Source of the DNA: a virus
Taxonomy: Duplodnaviria > Caudoviricetes
Length of the DNA stretch: 25,121 nt
Reading direction: 5' to 3' (one strand)
Virus record (IMG/VR): IMGVR_UViG_3300014169_000022
Span: 1-25,121 of that record
Position numbers and translations under genes: made by a program. Of the stretch, positions 17,125 through 24,359 are shown one piece after another; position 1 is the stretch's first letter; the number at the start of each line of letters is the position of its first letter. Under the pieces are notes generated by a model. That model was not told the origin of the DNA and did not search any database. It worked only from the letters and a program-made list of their open reading frames with translations.

Positions 17125-17225
17125 AAAAAAAAGAATGCCCAGGCCTTTAATCACCTGGGCAAAAAACTCTGTACTTCCCATACAGAAAAAACCATAAGTT
17201 TTACACTCTTTTTTGTGCAAGAGGT
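17125..17225 (-). ncRNA. candidate ~100-nt RNA antisense to the rep leader (sRNA-3)
   Basis: Promoter TTGCCA(17254-17259)-18-TAAGAT(17230-17235) on minus; terminator stem 17136-17143/17154-17161 followed by a U-tract. Confidence 0.5.
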
Positions 17226-17291
17226 AATGATCTTAACTTATGGTTTCTTTAAATGGCAAGTCAGAGTTTCTAACGATAGGAGCTCTCATCT

Positions 17292-18221
17292 ATGACAACC
17301 CATTTTGAAATCCAAGAAGACATTCCAGACCACGCTTACAGAACAGAAATTCCCAATATAGTTTTTCACCTAGGGCTAGACCCTTACGAATTTTTGGTCT
17401 ACTCTCAAATAAAAAATATAGCTTGGGATAGGCGTTTTTGCTGCAAGAGCTACAAAGATTTAGCTAATTTACTAAAAGTCTCAGAAAGAAAAATTATCCT
17501 TGCCGTTCATAAACTTGAAGCCCCTTTCGAAAAGTTGGGTGGAAAATCTTTAATCAAAGTAGATCGAGATCGCAAGGATTCAAAAGGTGGTAATCTCCCA
17601 AATCTGCTGACTGTTACGAATATTTGGCGTATCAATGGTGAGTATTTCCGAAAAGATCAAGAAATTTCTAAGGTGGTGCACGAGGTGCAGGGGGGGGGTG
17701 CATGTGATGCACCAGGGGGGGTGCATATGGTGCACCCAGATAAAGATAATATAGAGAAGATAACTCACACACATACGCGCACGCGCGAGAGAGATCCACC
17801 CTTTTCGATCCCCAAGAAGAATCACGAGTTGGATGCAAATGGCTTGCCGGTCATAAACCTCAAGGACCAAGAACATGAACGCTTGATCGCAAACACGATT
17901 CAGCTGCACTCGAAATCCAGGGAGGAAGCGAAATGCATTGTGGACGATGTTATTCGCCAGTATCGGCTCACTTGCGGCTCAAATGGTCATGAGCATGAAA
18001 AACCCTACTACGCGATTTTGAAGTGGATCGATAAAGCTGTAAAAGACGAAAATGTGCGCAAAAAAAATCAATGCACGAGAGATAAACAGGTTAGACCGAA
18101 GTGGTTAGATGAACCGGAAATATATAAAGCTAAAACAGTTAGAGATTTGCCAATAGAAGAACTTAGAAAAATTGCTAGCGAAGATGAGATAAGGGAACTT
18201 TTAGGATATGGAACAAACTAA
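17292..18221 (+). CDS. replication initiator (lambda O-like, N-terminal winged HTH)
   Basis: N-terminal 'LDPYEFLVYSQIK...CCKSYKDLANLLKVSERKI' HTH, internal iterons, upstream of a DnaC-like gene. Confidence 0.8.
   Translation: MTTHFEIQEDIPDHAYRTEIPNIVFHLGLDPYEFLVYSQIKNIAWDRRFCCKSYKDLANLLKVSERKIILAVHKLEAPFEKLGGKSLIKVDRDRKDSKGGNLPNLLTVTNIWRINGEYFRKDQEISKVVHEVQGGGACDAPGGVHMVHPDKDNIEKITHTHTRTRERDPPFSIPKKNHELDANGLPVINLKDQEHERLIANTIQLHSKSREEAKCIVDDVIRQYRLTCGSNGHEHEKPYYAILKWIDKAVKDENVRKKNQCTRDKQVRPKWLDEPEIYKAKTVRDLPIEELRKIASEDEIRELLGYGTN
17675..17736. repeat. iterons of putative replication origin
   Basis: Three GGTGCA-N3-GRTGCA units at 17675, 17697 and 17720 separated by G-runs, followed by an A/T-rich tract. 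Confidence 0.75.
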
Positions 18222-18861
18222 GGAAATTTTTGAAAAAACATATGCCCATAATTTTAGGGATTGTTTTGACCCGTTTATGCGTTATTCTCTCAAGTCAGAC
18301 CCTACTGCGTTGATTGAATACATAGATAAAAAAAAGTCTGTCATATTAAAACGTTACAACAATTGTTTGTGGGATTTAGGATTTACTCCCAATATAAAAA
18401 TGTCTATTCGATCATGGTTAAATAATCCGGAAAAATGGCTATACATGCATGGAAACATAGGGTGTGGCAAGACAACCTTAATGTCAGCTCTATACCTTGA
18501 GTTATTAAAAAAAGGTATTGATGTTTGCATATTCAACGTTAGACAACTTGAGTATGAAATCAAAGATGGCATAGAAACAAATAGTGAAAGAAAAATCTTG
18601 AAACAAGCAAGGAATACAGCAATTTTAATGCTGGATGACCTAGGGGTTGAAACGCTTAGTGAATACAATTTGGGTTGGATTTATAATTTGATTGATGAAA
18701 GACAATCTGATTTTAGATCTACAATTATTTCCTCCAATTTAAATATGAATGATCTACGAGAACACTACTCTAAAGTTAATGGAATTTTTGCAAAGCGAAT
18801 AGTTTCTAGAATTAAGCAAAATTCATTCGAAATTGAGTTCGATAATGTGCCCTACAGATAA
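18208..18861 (+). CDS. DnaC/IstB-like AAA+ helicase loader
   Basis: Walker A GNIGCGKT, Walker B LMLDDLG, 'IDER...STIISSN', 'RIVSRI'. Confidence 0.9.
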   Translation: MEQTKEIFEKTYAHNFRDCFDPFMRYSLKSDPTALIEYIDKKKSVILKRYNNCLWDLGFTPNIKMSIRSWLNNPEKWLYMHGNIGCGKTTLMSALYLELLKKGIDVCIFNVRQLEYEIKDGIETNSERKILKQARNTAILMLDDLGVETLSEYNLGWIYNLIDERQSDFRSTIISSNLNMNDLREHYSKVNGIFAKRIVSRIKQNSFEIEFDNVPYR

Positions 18862-18873
18862 AAAGGAATAGCC

Positions 18874-19140
18874 ATGGAAAAAATGGAACTTAAGCCGGGT
18901 GATGTCGTCCAGATCAATCCCGACTCAATCTACTCGTATAAGGGACTAGGAGGCGCGCTACTTGTGGTAACAGAGCCCAAATCTTTTGGCTGCCAAGGCT
19001 ATTTGCTCTTGGATCGTCAAGTTTATGGTTTAGCAACATACAAAGGAAGGGCCTTTTTAAGGCCTGAGTTCAAAGATATTGAGTTGGTTGGTAGGCTGGT
19101 ATGGATTTATGACGATGAGCAGTCAGAGGGCCTAGAATGA
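18874..19140 (+). CDS. hypothetical SH3-like phage protein
   Basis: 'LKPGDVVQINP...VVTEPKSFGCQGY'; SD AAGGA. Confidence 0.7.
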   Translation: MEKMELKPGDVVQINPDSIYSYKGLGGALLVVTEPKSFGCQGYLLLDRQVYGLATYKGRAFLRPEFKDIELVGRLVWIYDDEQSEGLE

Positions 19141-19316
19141 AGAATTTAAAAACACCACTGGACGAATGGTCAGAAGAAGACCTGATTGAAGTTTTGCGAG
19201 AAAATCAAAATCATGACTCCCAAACTTTAGCTTATGTGTGCTCGGAAATTCTAAGGCGACAATTTTATCTTAAGCGAGTCTGTCGTCATTACCCTGACTT
19301 GAGGATGTACCAATGA
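19137..19316 (+). CDS. 59-aa hypothetical protein (not in ORF track)
   Basis: MKNLKTPLDEWSEEDLIEVL...RMYQ with ATGA overlaps at both ends. Confidence 0.7.
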   Translation: MKNLKTPLDEWSEEDLIEVLRENQNHDSQTLAYVCSEILRRQFYLKRVCRHYPDLRMYQ

Positions 19317-19684
19317 AATATACATTAATGATACAAGCAGATTCCAATAGTGTAGAAATAAGTTTAGATTTGCTTCCAGAAAAAATAATAGCGTGGCCTC
19401 ATCTTACAACAGGACTACCTGTAGTAGACTATCTGCCAGAGAGTAAATGGAAATCAATAAAAGACCACACTCCCGAACAGAACAAACCCTATCTAATATA
19501 TGAAGTTTATCCGACCGAAGCAAGATTTAAGCTTATTTGTGCGCCTTTAGTAGATTGCAAATATAAACTCGCTGAGTGGTCTAATTACTATAAAGGATTT
19601 GTTAACCGTGAATCGAATGTCTACAAATACGCAGCTTTTTTCATGGAATTGCCGCAGCCACCCAAAATTGAGGAAAAACCATGA
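19313..19684 (+). CDS. DUF551-like protein
   Basis: 'WKSIKDHTPE...FFMELPQPP'. Confidence 0.6.
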   Translation: MKYTLMIQADSNSVEISLDLLPEKIIAWPHLTTGLPVVDYLPESKWKSIKDHTPEQNKPYLIYEVYPTEARFKLICAPLVDCKYKLAEWSNYYKGFVNRESNVYKYAAFFMELPQPPKIEEKP

Positions 19685-20148
19685 AATGGATTAGCGACAG
19701 AAACCCAAGCTCGCCCGGTATGTACGCCGTTAGAAGGGTAAATTATTCAATAGATAGCAAAGACCTGAATTTTTATTATTTTGATGGCGAGAAATGGTTG
19801 AATGCATCTTATCCGTATGACGTAATGTCACCTTGTGAATGTCGTTCTCAATGGTCAGTTATCGACTGGGGAAGGGACGATAAGCCTAAAAGTGAAGGGC
19901 ATGTACTTACTGGCAATCCGGATGTAAAGCTTAGTTTTATTCAACACGGCGTTTGGTACAAAGTTTCTGAAACTCCTATTCCTGATGATATTGATAAAGT
20001 TCTTTTTTATTTTACTGATTGTGATGAAATTGAAATTTATGAAAGAGGATCATTACCAAACCTATGGTTTTTTTATAACACTGATGATACATGTAATTTA
20101 TTAAGAGTAACTCACTGGATGCCCTTTCCCGAACCGCCTAAATGTTAG
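19681..20148 (+). CDS. DUF551-like protein
   Basis: 'WYKVSETP...VTHWMPFPEPPK'. Confidence 0.75.
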   Translation: MKWISDRNPSSPGMYAVRRVNYSIDSKDLNFYYFDGEKWLNASYPYDVMSPCECRSQWSVIDWGRDDKPKSEGHVLTGNPDVKLSFIQHGVWYKVSETPIPDDIDKVLFYFTDCDEIEIYERGSLPNLWFFYNTDDTCNLLRVTHWMPFPEPPKC

Positions 20149-20161
20149 TTGGAGATGATTC

Positions 20162-20494
20162 ATGATACCTGAAATTAAAATTGATTTTATGGCCAATTTA
20201 TTATCCGTGCCAATGCCATATATGGGTGATGACTCAGATACGTTGATCAGAATTTTTAACTACATAAACATAAAACTGGCTAAACGTGTCGGAAAATGCC
20301 CTATAAGACAAAAAAAGTTTATAAAACTACAACAGGAATTTTTAGATTTATATGAAAAGATTGAAAAAAAGGAGCTTGAAAAAGAAGCAGAAGGCTCAGG
20401 AAAGGAACCCTTTCATTTCATTAGATTGCCTGATAAGCGGCGCCAAAGAATATTTTGGTCACTTAGAAAAAGGGCCAATAGATTTCAAGCATAA
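20162..20494 (+). CDS. hypothetical protein
   Basis: SD GGAG, 110 aa. Confidence 0.65.
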   Translation: MIPEIKIDFMANLLSVPMPYMGDDSDTLIRIFNYINIKLAKRVGKCPIRQKKFIKLQQEFLDLYEKIEKKELEKEAEGSGKEPFHFIRLPDKRRQRIFWSLRKRANRFQA

Positions 20495-20500
20495 GACGCA

Positions 20501-20701
20501 TTGTTTCAAATTTACACGAGTCAAAGCTTAGAAAAAATGAAATATCTCTACTACATACTCCGCCTCTTCTTTTGCCCTCATAAGTGGCAAGTACTCAGAG
20601 AGTGTGAGGTATTCCAATTTAAAGATTCAAGGTTACCATATCGTATGGAATATATTTGCAAATGCCGATATTGTGGAAAGATAAAGGTGTTCAAAGCTTA
20701 G
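20501..20701 (+). CDS. small Cys/His protein (C.HKW...C..CG)
   Basis: 'FCPHKW...CRYCGKIK' pattern common in phage small ORFs. Start may be the internal ATG. Confidence 0.6.
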   Translation: MFQIYTSQSLEKMKYLYYILRLFFCPHKWQVLRECEVFQFKDSRLPYRMEYICKCRYCGKIKVFKA

Positions 20702-21074
20702 ACACCCAGATGTGCGTCTCGTCGCAATGCCACCATTTTTTGTGGCAACACTCACTACAAACCTGAGAATCATTTTTATAAGCTACTCCTTGAAGCAAAT
20801 CCATCCAGCTTTTCAAAACTCCATTGTCAACGTCAGGGGCCGTCTCTTTCCAATTGCCAATAAGTTTTTTATTAGAAGTTTTGTAATGAGCTAAAATTTC
20901 AAGTTTTACGGGGCCTTCTATCGGTTTATCAAAGTAAGGACGTGCCCACATAGCTATAACCTTTCGTTCTGCCAACTTAGGGTCATAGAAATGTGTTTTA
21001 TTACACCTAGGCCGTGACCACACGGGCGAACGATGTGGATATACTACGTGCACTGTCAATCTAACCACCAGCAC
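20691..21074 (-). CDS. rusA: RusA-family Holliday junction resolvase
   Basis: 'RPR...YDP', 'PIEGPVKL', 'PDVDN...MDLLQGVAYKNDSQV'. Start uncertain. Confidence 0.88.
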   Translation of the reverse strand: MLVVRLTVHVVYPHRSPVWSRPRCNKTHFYDPKLAERKVIAMWARPYFDKPIEGPVKLEILAHYKTSNKKLIGNWKETAPDVDNGVLKSWMDLLQGVAYKNDSQVCSECCHKKWWHCDETHIWVSKL

Positions 21075-21190
21075 CCAAGGGTGTGTTCGATCGGCGGTAC
21101 TTTTACCGATTCTTTTTTTCCGGAAATGGCCGTAACTAGCCTAATGAGTTTATTGTAAATGTATTGCATATTCTTAATATAGCAACTTAT

Positions 21191-21604
21191 TTATTTAAAC
21201 TCAACTTGATTTTGATGCTCTTTCCTGAGGATGATAAATCGGGCTCTGAAGGGGTACTTTGCATCCCTGAATTTTGGGTCATGCTCATGGACGATATCGA
21301 ATAAGTTTTCTTGGATGCTCTCTTCCAGTTTGTCGCAAAATTCCTTCTTAAGCTGCATAAGATAGGCAAGTGGCGTTTCGGTTACCTCATAGCCTCGACG
21401 AGCTCGCTTGATAAGTCTATGCTCATAATCGGACCAAAGGAGCGCGGCTTTGACAAGATCTTGCCATGGCGTAAGATCGCCAGTAGGCTCCTGGACCTTG
21501 AACTGCCAGCAATTGCAGTCGTATTCAATAGTAGCTCTGGTAAGTGAATTGACGATCATAAATGACCCTCCTTCCTTACCCTTTCTTTTTACGCCGACTC
21601 TCAT
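21191..21604 (-). CDS. hypothetical protein
   Basis: ORF in operon with a strong SD before the internal MIVNS start. Confidence 0.7.
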   Translation of the reverse strand: MRVGVKRKGKEGGSFMIVNSLTRATIEYDCNCWQFKVQEPTGDLTPWQDLVKAALLWSDYEHRLIKRARRGYEVTETPLAYLMQLKKEFCDKLEESIQENLFDIVHEHDPKFRDAKYPFRARFIILRKEHQNQVEFK

Positions 21605-21951
21605 TATTTGGGAATGTAAACGTATTGCATCTTTCGGGTCTTGATGCGATGCATCTCTAAAACAAAGTGACGTTCATGAAAAAGTCTATCTATGTCTGTG
21701 ATAGGCCCGTATCGCTCAGCTAACTTGTGAAACTTATCTATCTTATGATAAAGCATTTTTATCTCTATATCGCTGATGTCGGTAACGTTTGGTTTTTTAC
21801 AGAGCTCTTCCTCTTGTCGTACCCAGTCTATGGCAGCTCTGACAGTTCTAGAATATTTAGTAAAACCCCAAAAAGGCCTGTGATGGTATCCCCAGTCGAT
21901 CATACTATAGCTAAATCCCCTTGGGTGAGTACTAACTGTGATAATGTCCAT
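21604..21951 (-). CDS. hypothetical protein
   Basis: SD AGGA, 115 aa. Confidence 0.7.
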   Translation of the reverse strand: MDIITVSTHPRGFSYSMIDWGYHHRPFWGFTKYSRTVRAAIDWVRQEEELCKKPNVTDISDIEIKMLYHKIDKFHKLAERYGPITDIDRLFHERHFVLEMHRIKTRKMQYVYIPK

Positions 21952-22022
21952 TTATTTTCCTAGTGATAAATGTTAATGCTGTGTTAAAAAGGTTCGAAAT
22001 CGTCCAACTACGATTTTTCACA

Positions 22023-22057
22023 CCCGCCCTAGCGAAAGTTAAGGCGGGATTTTTTTT
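22023..22057 (+). terminator. intrinsic terminator on the non-coding strand
   Basis: CCCGCC-CUAGC-GAAA-GUUAA-GGCGGG followed by AU8. The GNRA loop and G-U pair favour a plus-strand RNA. Confidence 0.65.
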
Positions 22058-22268
22058 GTTTCCATCAAAGCATACTTCGGCTACCTTGAACTTGGAAACA
22101 AAAAAAGGAAAATGGAATGCATGAAGTAGCCCCCATTGCATTAGTGGTGTTACTCGCCTTCACGTTCTTGATACGTGAGTTGTAACAGCGCCACCCACTA
22201 GTTTGTAAAGAGCTAGTGGGGTTGCTTTAACAACTGCTCAGCATTTTCCCTGAGAAAACTTCAACACA

Positions 22269-22338
22269 TGTATAGGAAATGGAGTTTTTCTATACATAGG
22301 AACAAGGTCATGTATAGAAAATCGTTGTTTTCTATACA
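22269..22338. repeat. two tandem 28-bp palindromes (11-6-11)
   Basis: TGTATAGGAAA-TGGAGT-TTTTCTATACA at 22269 and TGTATAGAAAA-TCGTTG-TTTTCTATACA at 22311. Confidence 0.8.
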
Positions 22339-22353
22339 CAGATTTCATGAAAA

Positions 22354-22698
22354 TTATTTCTTTTTTGAAGATTTTCTTTTATTAAGCGAGTCGATCTCAG
22401 TTGCTTCATGATACGCAACTTCTCGCCTTTCCTTAGATGGAACCATTTTAGAAACTTCGATAGTTCCTTTTTTTGAGACTTTCCCCAGTAATTCGCCCTT
22501 AGGTACTTTACGCACGAGATTTTTAAGATCTTCATAGCCGCTGGGGTAAGCCTTCTTTTCAGCTTGGTCCGCTTTCTCATGGGAAGTGGCATAATGTTTC
22601 CGGTTAACTTGTGAGCCCTTTTCCTCAGCCCACTTCACTGTTTTAAAATGGGGATGGTCAGTGCTGTGATACATCCCGCATTGTGGGCACTTCGACAT
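22354..22698 (-). CDS. basic hypothetical protein with N-terminal CxxC and HExxE motif
   Basis: SD AGGAAG; CPQC...H; 'EVAYHEATE'. Confidence 0.7.
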   Translation of the reverse strand: MSKCPQCGMYHSTDHPHFKTVKWAEEKGSQVNRKHYATSHEKADQAEKKAYPSGYEDLKNLVRKVPKGELLGKVSKKGTIEVSKMVPSKERREVAYHEATEIDSLNKRKSSKKK

Positions 22699-22754
22699 TT
22701 ATAACTTCCTGCCTATAAATTACAAAGGACAGCCTACAAGACTGTCCCCTGCAT

Positions 22755-22788
22755 TAAAAACTAGAGAAGCTTATAACTCTAGTTTTTA
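22755..22788. terminator. possible bidirectional terminator
   Basis: TAAAAACTAGAG/CTCTAGTTTTTA inverted repeat directly after the peptide gene stop. Confidence 0.5.
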
Positions 22789-22790
22789 TT

Positions 22791-22934
22791 TTACTCGTCC
22801 CAAGCACCTGATCGAGGGTCCCATGAACCTGGATCCCAAGAAATAGGGCTTTTTTCGTGTACGCTGACTTGTGCAGCAAAACTTTGAGTTGCAAATCCTA
22901 AGACTGCAACCGCTACCAACATTAGATTTTTCAT
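22791..22934 (-). CDS. 47-aa secreted peptide precursor (not in ORF track)
   Basis: MKNLMLVAVAVLGFATQSFA-AQVSVHEKSPISWDPGSWDPRSGAWDE. SD AAGGA and Sec-type signal peptide. Confidence 0.75.
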   Translation of the reverse strand: MKNLMLVAVAVLGFATQSFAAQVSVHEKSPISWDPGSWDPRSGAWDE

Positions 22935-23006
22935 CTTTTTTTCCTTTTTTTGTGGTTTACCACACGGAAACTATAACTCAAAGTGAAGATATTTGGGTAT
23001 AAAAAT

Positions 23007-23091
23007 TGCCTCGTGTAGGACTTGAACCTACGCATTAGATTTGTGCCCATGAAAGACACCAACTAAACTCTACCAACTGAGCTAACGAGGC
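23007..23091 (-). tRNA. atypical tRNA-like RNA (Lys-like body, elongated anticodon arm, no encoded CCA)
   Basis: Acceptor GCCTCGT/ACGAGGC+A, D-arm GCTC-AGTTGGTA-GAGT, T-arm GTAGG-TTCAAGT-CCTAC. About 12 extra nt in the anticodon arm. Confidence 0.75.
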
Positions 23092-23095
23092 GTTA

Positions 23096-23461
23096 TCATT
23101 TTAGGAATTCGTATCGTTCTTGATCAATCTTTTTCTGGTCTTCAAGATCGGGTCGATTATATATGTAGTAGTGAAGCCTACTTCTTGGGTGAAATCGTGC
23201 CTTCAAAGCGTACGGGTTTCGCGTACGCTTGACATTGCGATTGATATCGCCATAGATTTTGTTTGGCATCGTGTCATAATGAAAAGCTAGTATTAGTGTT
23301 TCCCCAGGCTCACGTATGCCATAAGACGGCCACGGTAACAATTGGATCACAAATTCGCTTCCAACTCGGTTAATGCACCTTCCAGGGCAATATAGTCCTC
23401 GCTTTCGGTCGTAATGGCACCAAACAAAATCCCCGATCTTAGGTTTTACAACATGCTTCAT
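23096..23461 (-). CDS. hypothetical protein (paralogue B1)
   Basis: Strong similarity to 23466..23891. Confidence 0.8.
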   Translation of the reverse strand: MKHVVKPKIGDFVWCHYDRKRGLYCPGRCINRVGSEFVIQLLPWPSYGIREPGETLILAFHYDTMPNKIYGDINRNVKRTRNPYALKARFHPRSRLHYYIYNRPDLEDQKKIDQERYEFLK

Positions 23462-23465
23462 GTAA

Positions 23466-23891
23466 TTATTTTAAAAAATCGTGATATCCTTGAGCAGATT
23501 TTTTAGCTTCCAGGTAATAATCGCCGAAATAATCACGAGGTGCTGCATGAAAGATCGCATAATAATCTCCTCTTTTTTCTCCCAGCATCCTTAAAATACC
23601 ACATTCGCCTTTTCCGCTAACCCATCCCTCTAGCATATAAGGATTACGTTTGGTTTTGACGTTTCGGTTTATATCACCATAAACTTTATTTGGAGTTTTA
23701 GCATAACTAAATGCAACTGTAACATGCTTAACGTTTTCTGGCTGTAATACATCCCAAGCGTAGGTCAAAAACTTTACAATGAAAGTACTTCCTATCCGGC
23801 GTATACACTTTCCAGGGCAAGGTCTACCACCCTTTCCGTCGTAGTAACACCAAACGAATTCGCCTATTTTAGGCTTGATTACATGTTCCAT
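23466..23891 (-). CDS. hypothetical protein (paralogue B2)
   Basis: Shares KPKIG.FVWC.YD, CPG.CI, PNK.YGDINRNVK..RNPY and C-terminal Y.FLK with B1. Confidence 0.8.
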   Translation of the reverse strand: MEHVIKPKIGEFVWCYYDGKGGRPCPGKCIRRIGSTFIVKFLTYAWDVLQPENVKHVTVAFSYAKTPNKVYGDINRNVKTKRNPYMLEGWVSGKGECGILRMLGEKRGDYYAIFHAAPRDYFGDYYLEAKKSAQGYHDFLK

Positions 23892-23894
23892 CGG

Positions 23895-24080
23895 CTACTT
23901 TCGGTGCATTTTCTTGAGGGTTTCGGCTAGGCGCACCTCCTTGCCTAGAGAGCCCTTAGCATGTTCATGCTTTTTAAGCTTGGATTCGGGTATCTTTTCG
24001 CCCTCTTTAACCCCTAACTTCTTATGCAACTTACCCTTACTCGAAGGGGGTAGTGCTTTCTGTATCCACTTTTCGGCCAT
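23895..24080 (-). CDS. 61-aa basic protein
   Basis: 'KWIQKA...GKLHKKLGVKEGEKIP...RLAETLKKM' resembles a widespread small phage protein. Confidence 0.8.
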   Translation of the reverse strand: MAEKWIQKALPPSSKGKLHKKLGVKEGEKIPESKLKKHEHAKGSLGKEVRLAETLKKMHRK

Positions 24081-24084
24081 TTTA

Positions 24085-24258
24085 TTACCTATGCTTACTT
24101 TTTTTGGCCGTTATGCCGGCCCTCTTAGCTCGATCGATAATGGGATCTCGAACCTTTTGATCGTAGTCGGCAAGCTTATTATTCTTTCGCTCAGCATCTT
24201 TAATCAAGGACTCCCCCTTTCTAAGCTCAGCGCTAACCTTCCTCATCTTTTTGTCCAT
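24085..24258 (-). CDS. 57-aa basic helical protein (not in ORF track)
   Basis: MDKKMRKVSAELRKGESLIKDAERKNNKLADYDQKVRDPIIDRAKRAGITAKKSKHR. Ends 4 nt before the next start. Confidence 0.7.
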   Translation of the reverse strand: MDKKMRKVSAELRKGESLIKDAERKNNKLADYDQKVRDPIIDRAKRAGITAKKSKHR

Positions 24259-24359
24259 CACTTCATCTCATCAACATAATTGAATTCATTTCATCATATA
24301 TTTGACACAAATTTTTGCGAAATGCTATTTGTTTTTTTTACGAAAACCTAAAGGTGCAT

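Noticed and set aside
17218-17229. sRNA-3 5' end pairing with the GAGAGGTAA sites at terS and the 42-aa ORF
   Set aside because: The match is a generic SD complement and lies partly upstream of the predicted +1.
22268-22338. Mini-CRISPR array
   Set aside because: Only two units, a 14-bp gap, variable centres and no cas genes.
23051-23053. TCA in the loop read as an opal-suppressor or Sec tRNA implying stop-codon recoding (approximate position)
   Set aside because: Long genes are uninterrupted in the standard code and TGA is used as a normal stop, often in ATGA overlaps. The extra length is in the anticodon arm rather than the variable arm as in tRNA-Sec.
23875-24279. 134-aa plus-strand ORF
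   Set aside because: It is the antisense shadow of two better-supported minus-strand genes.
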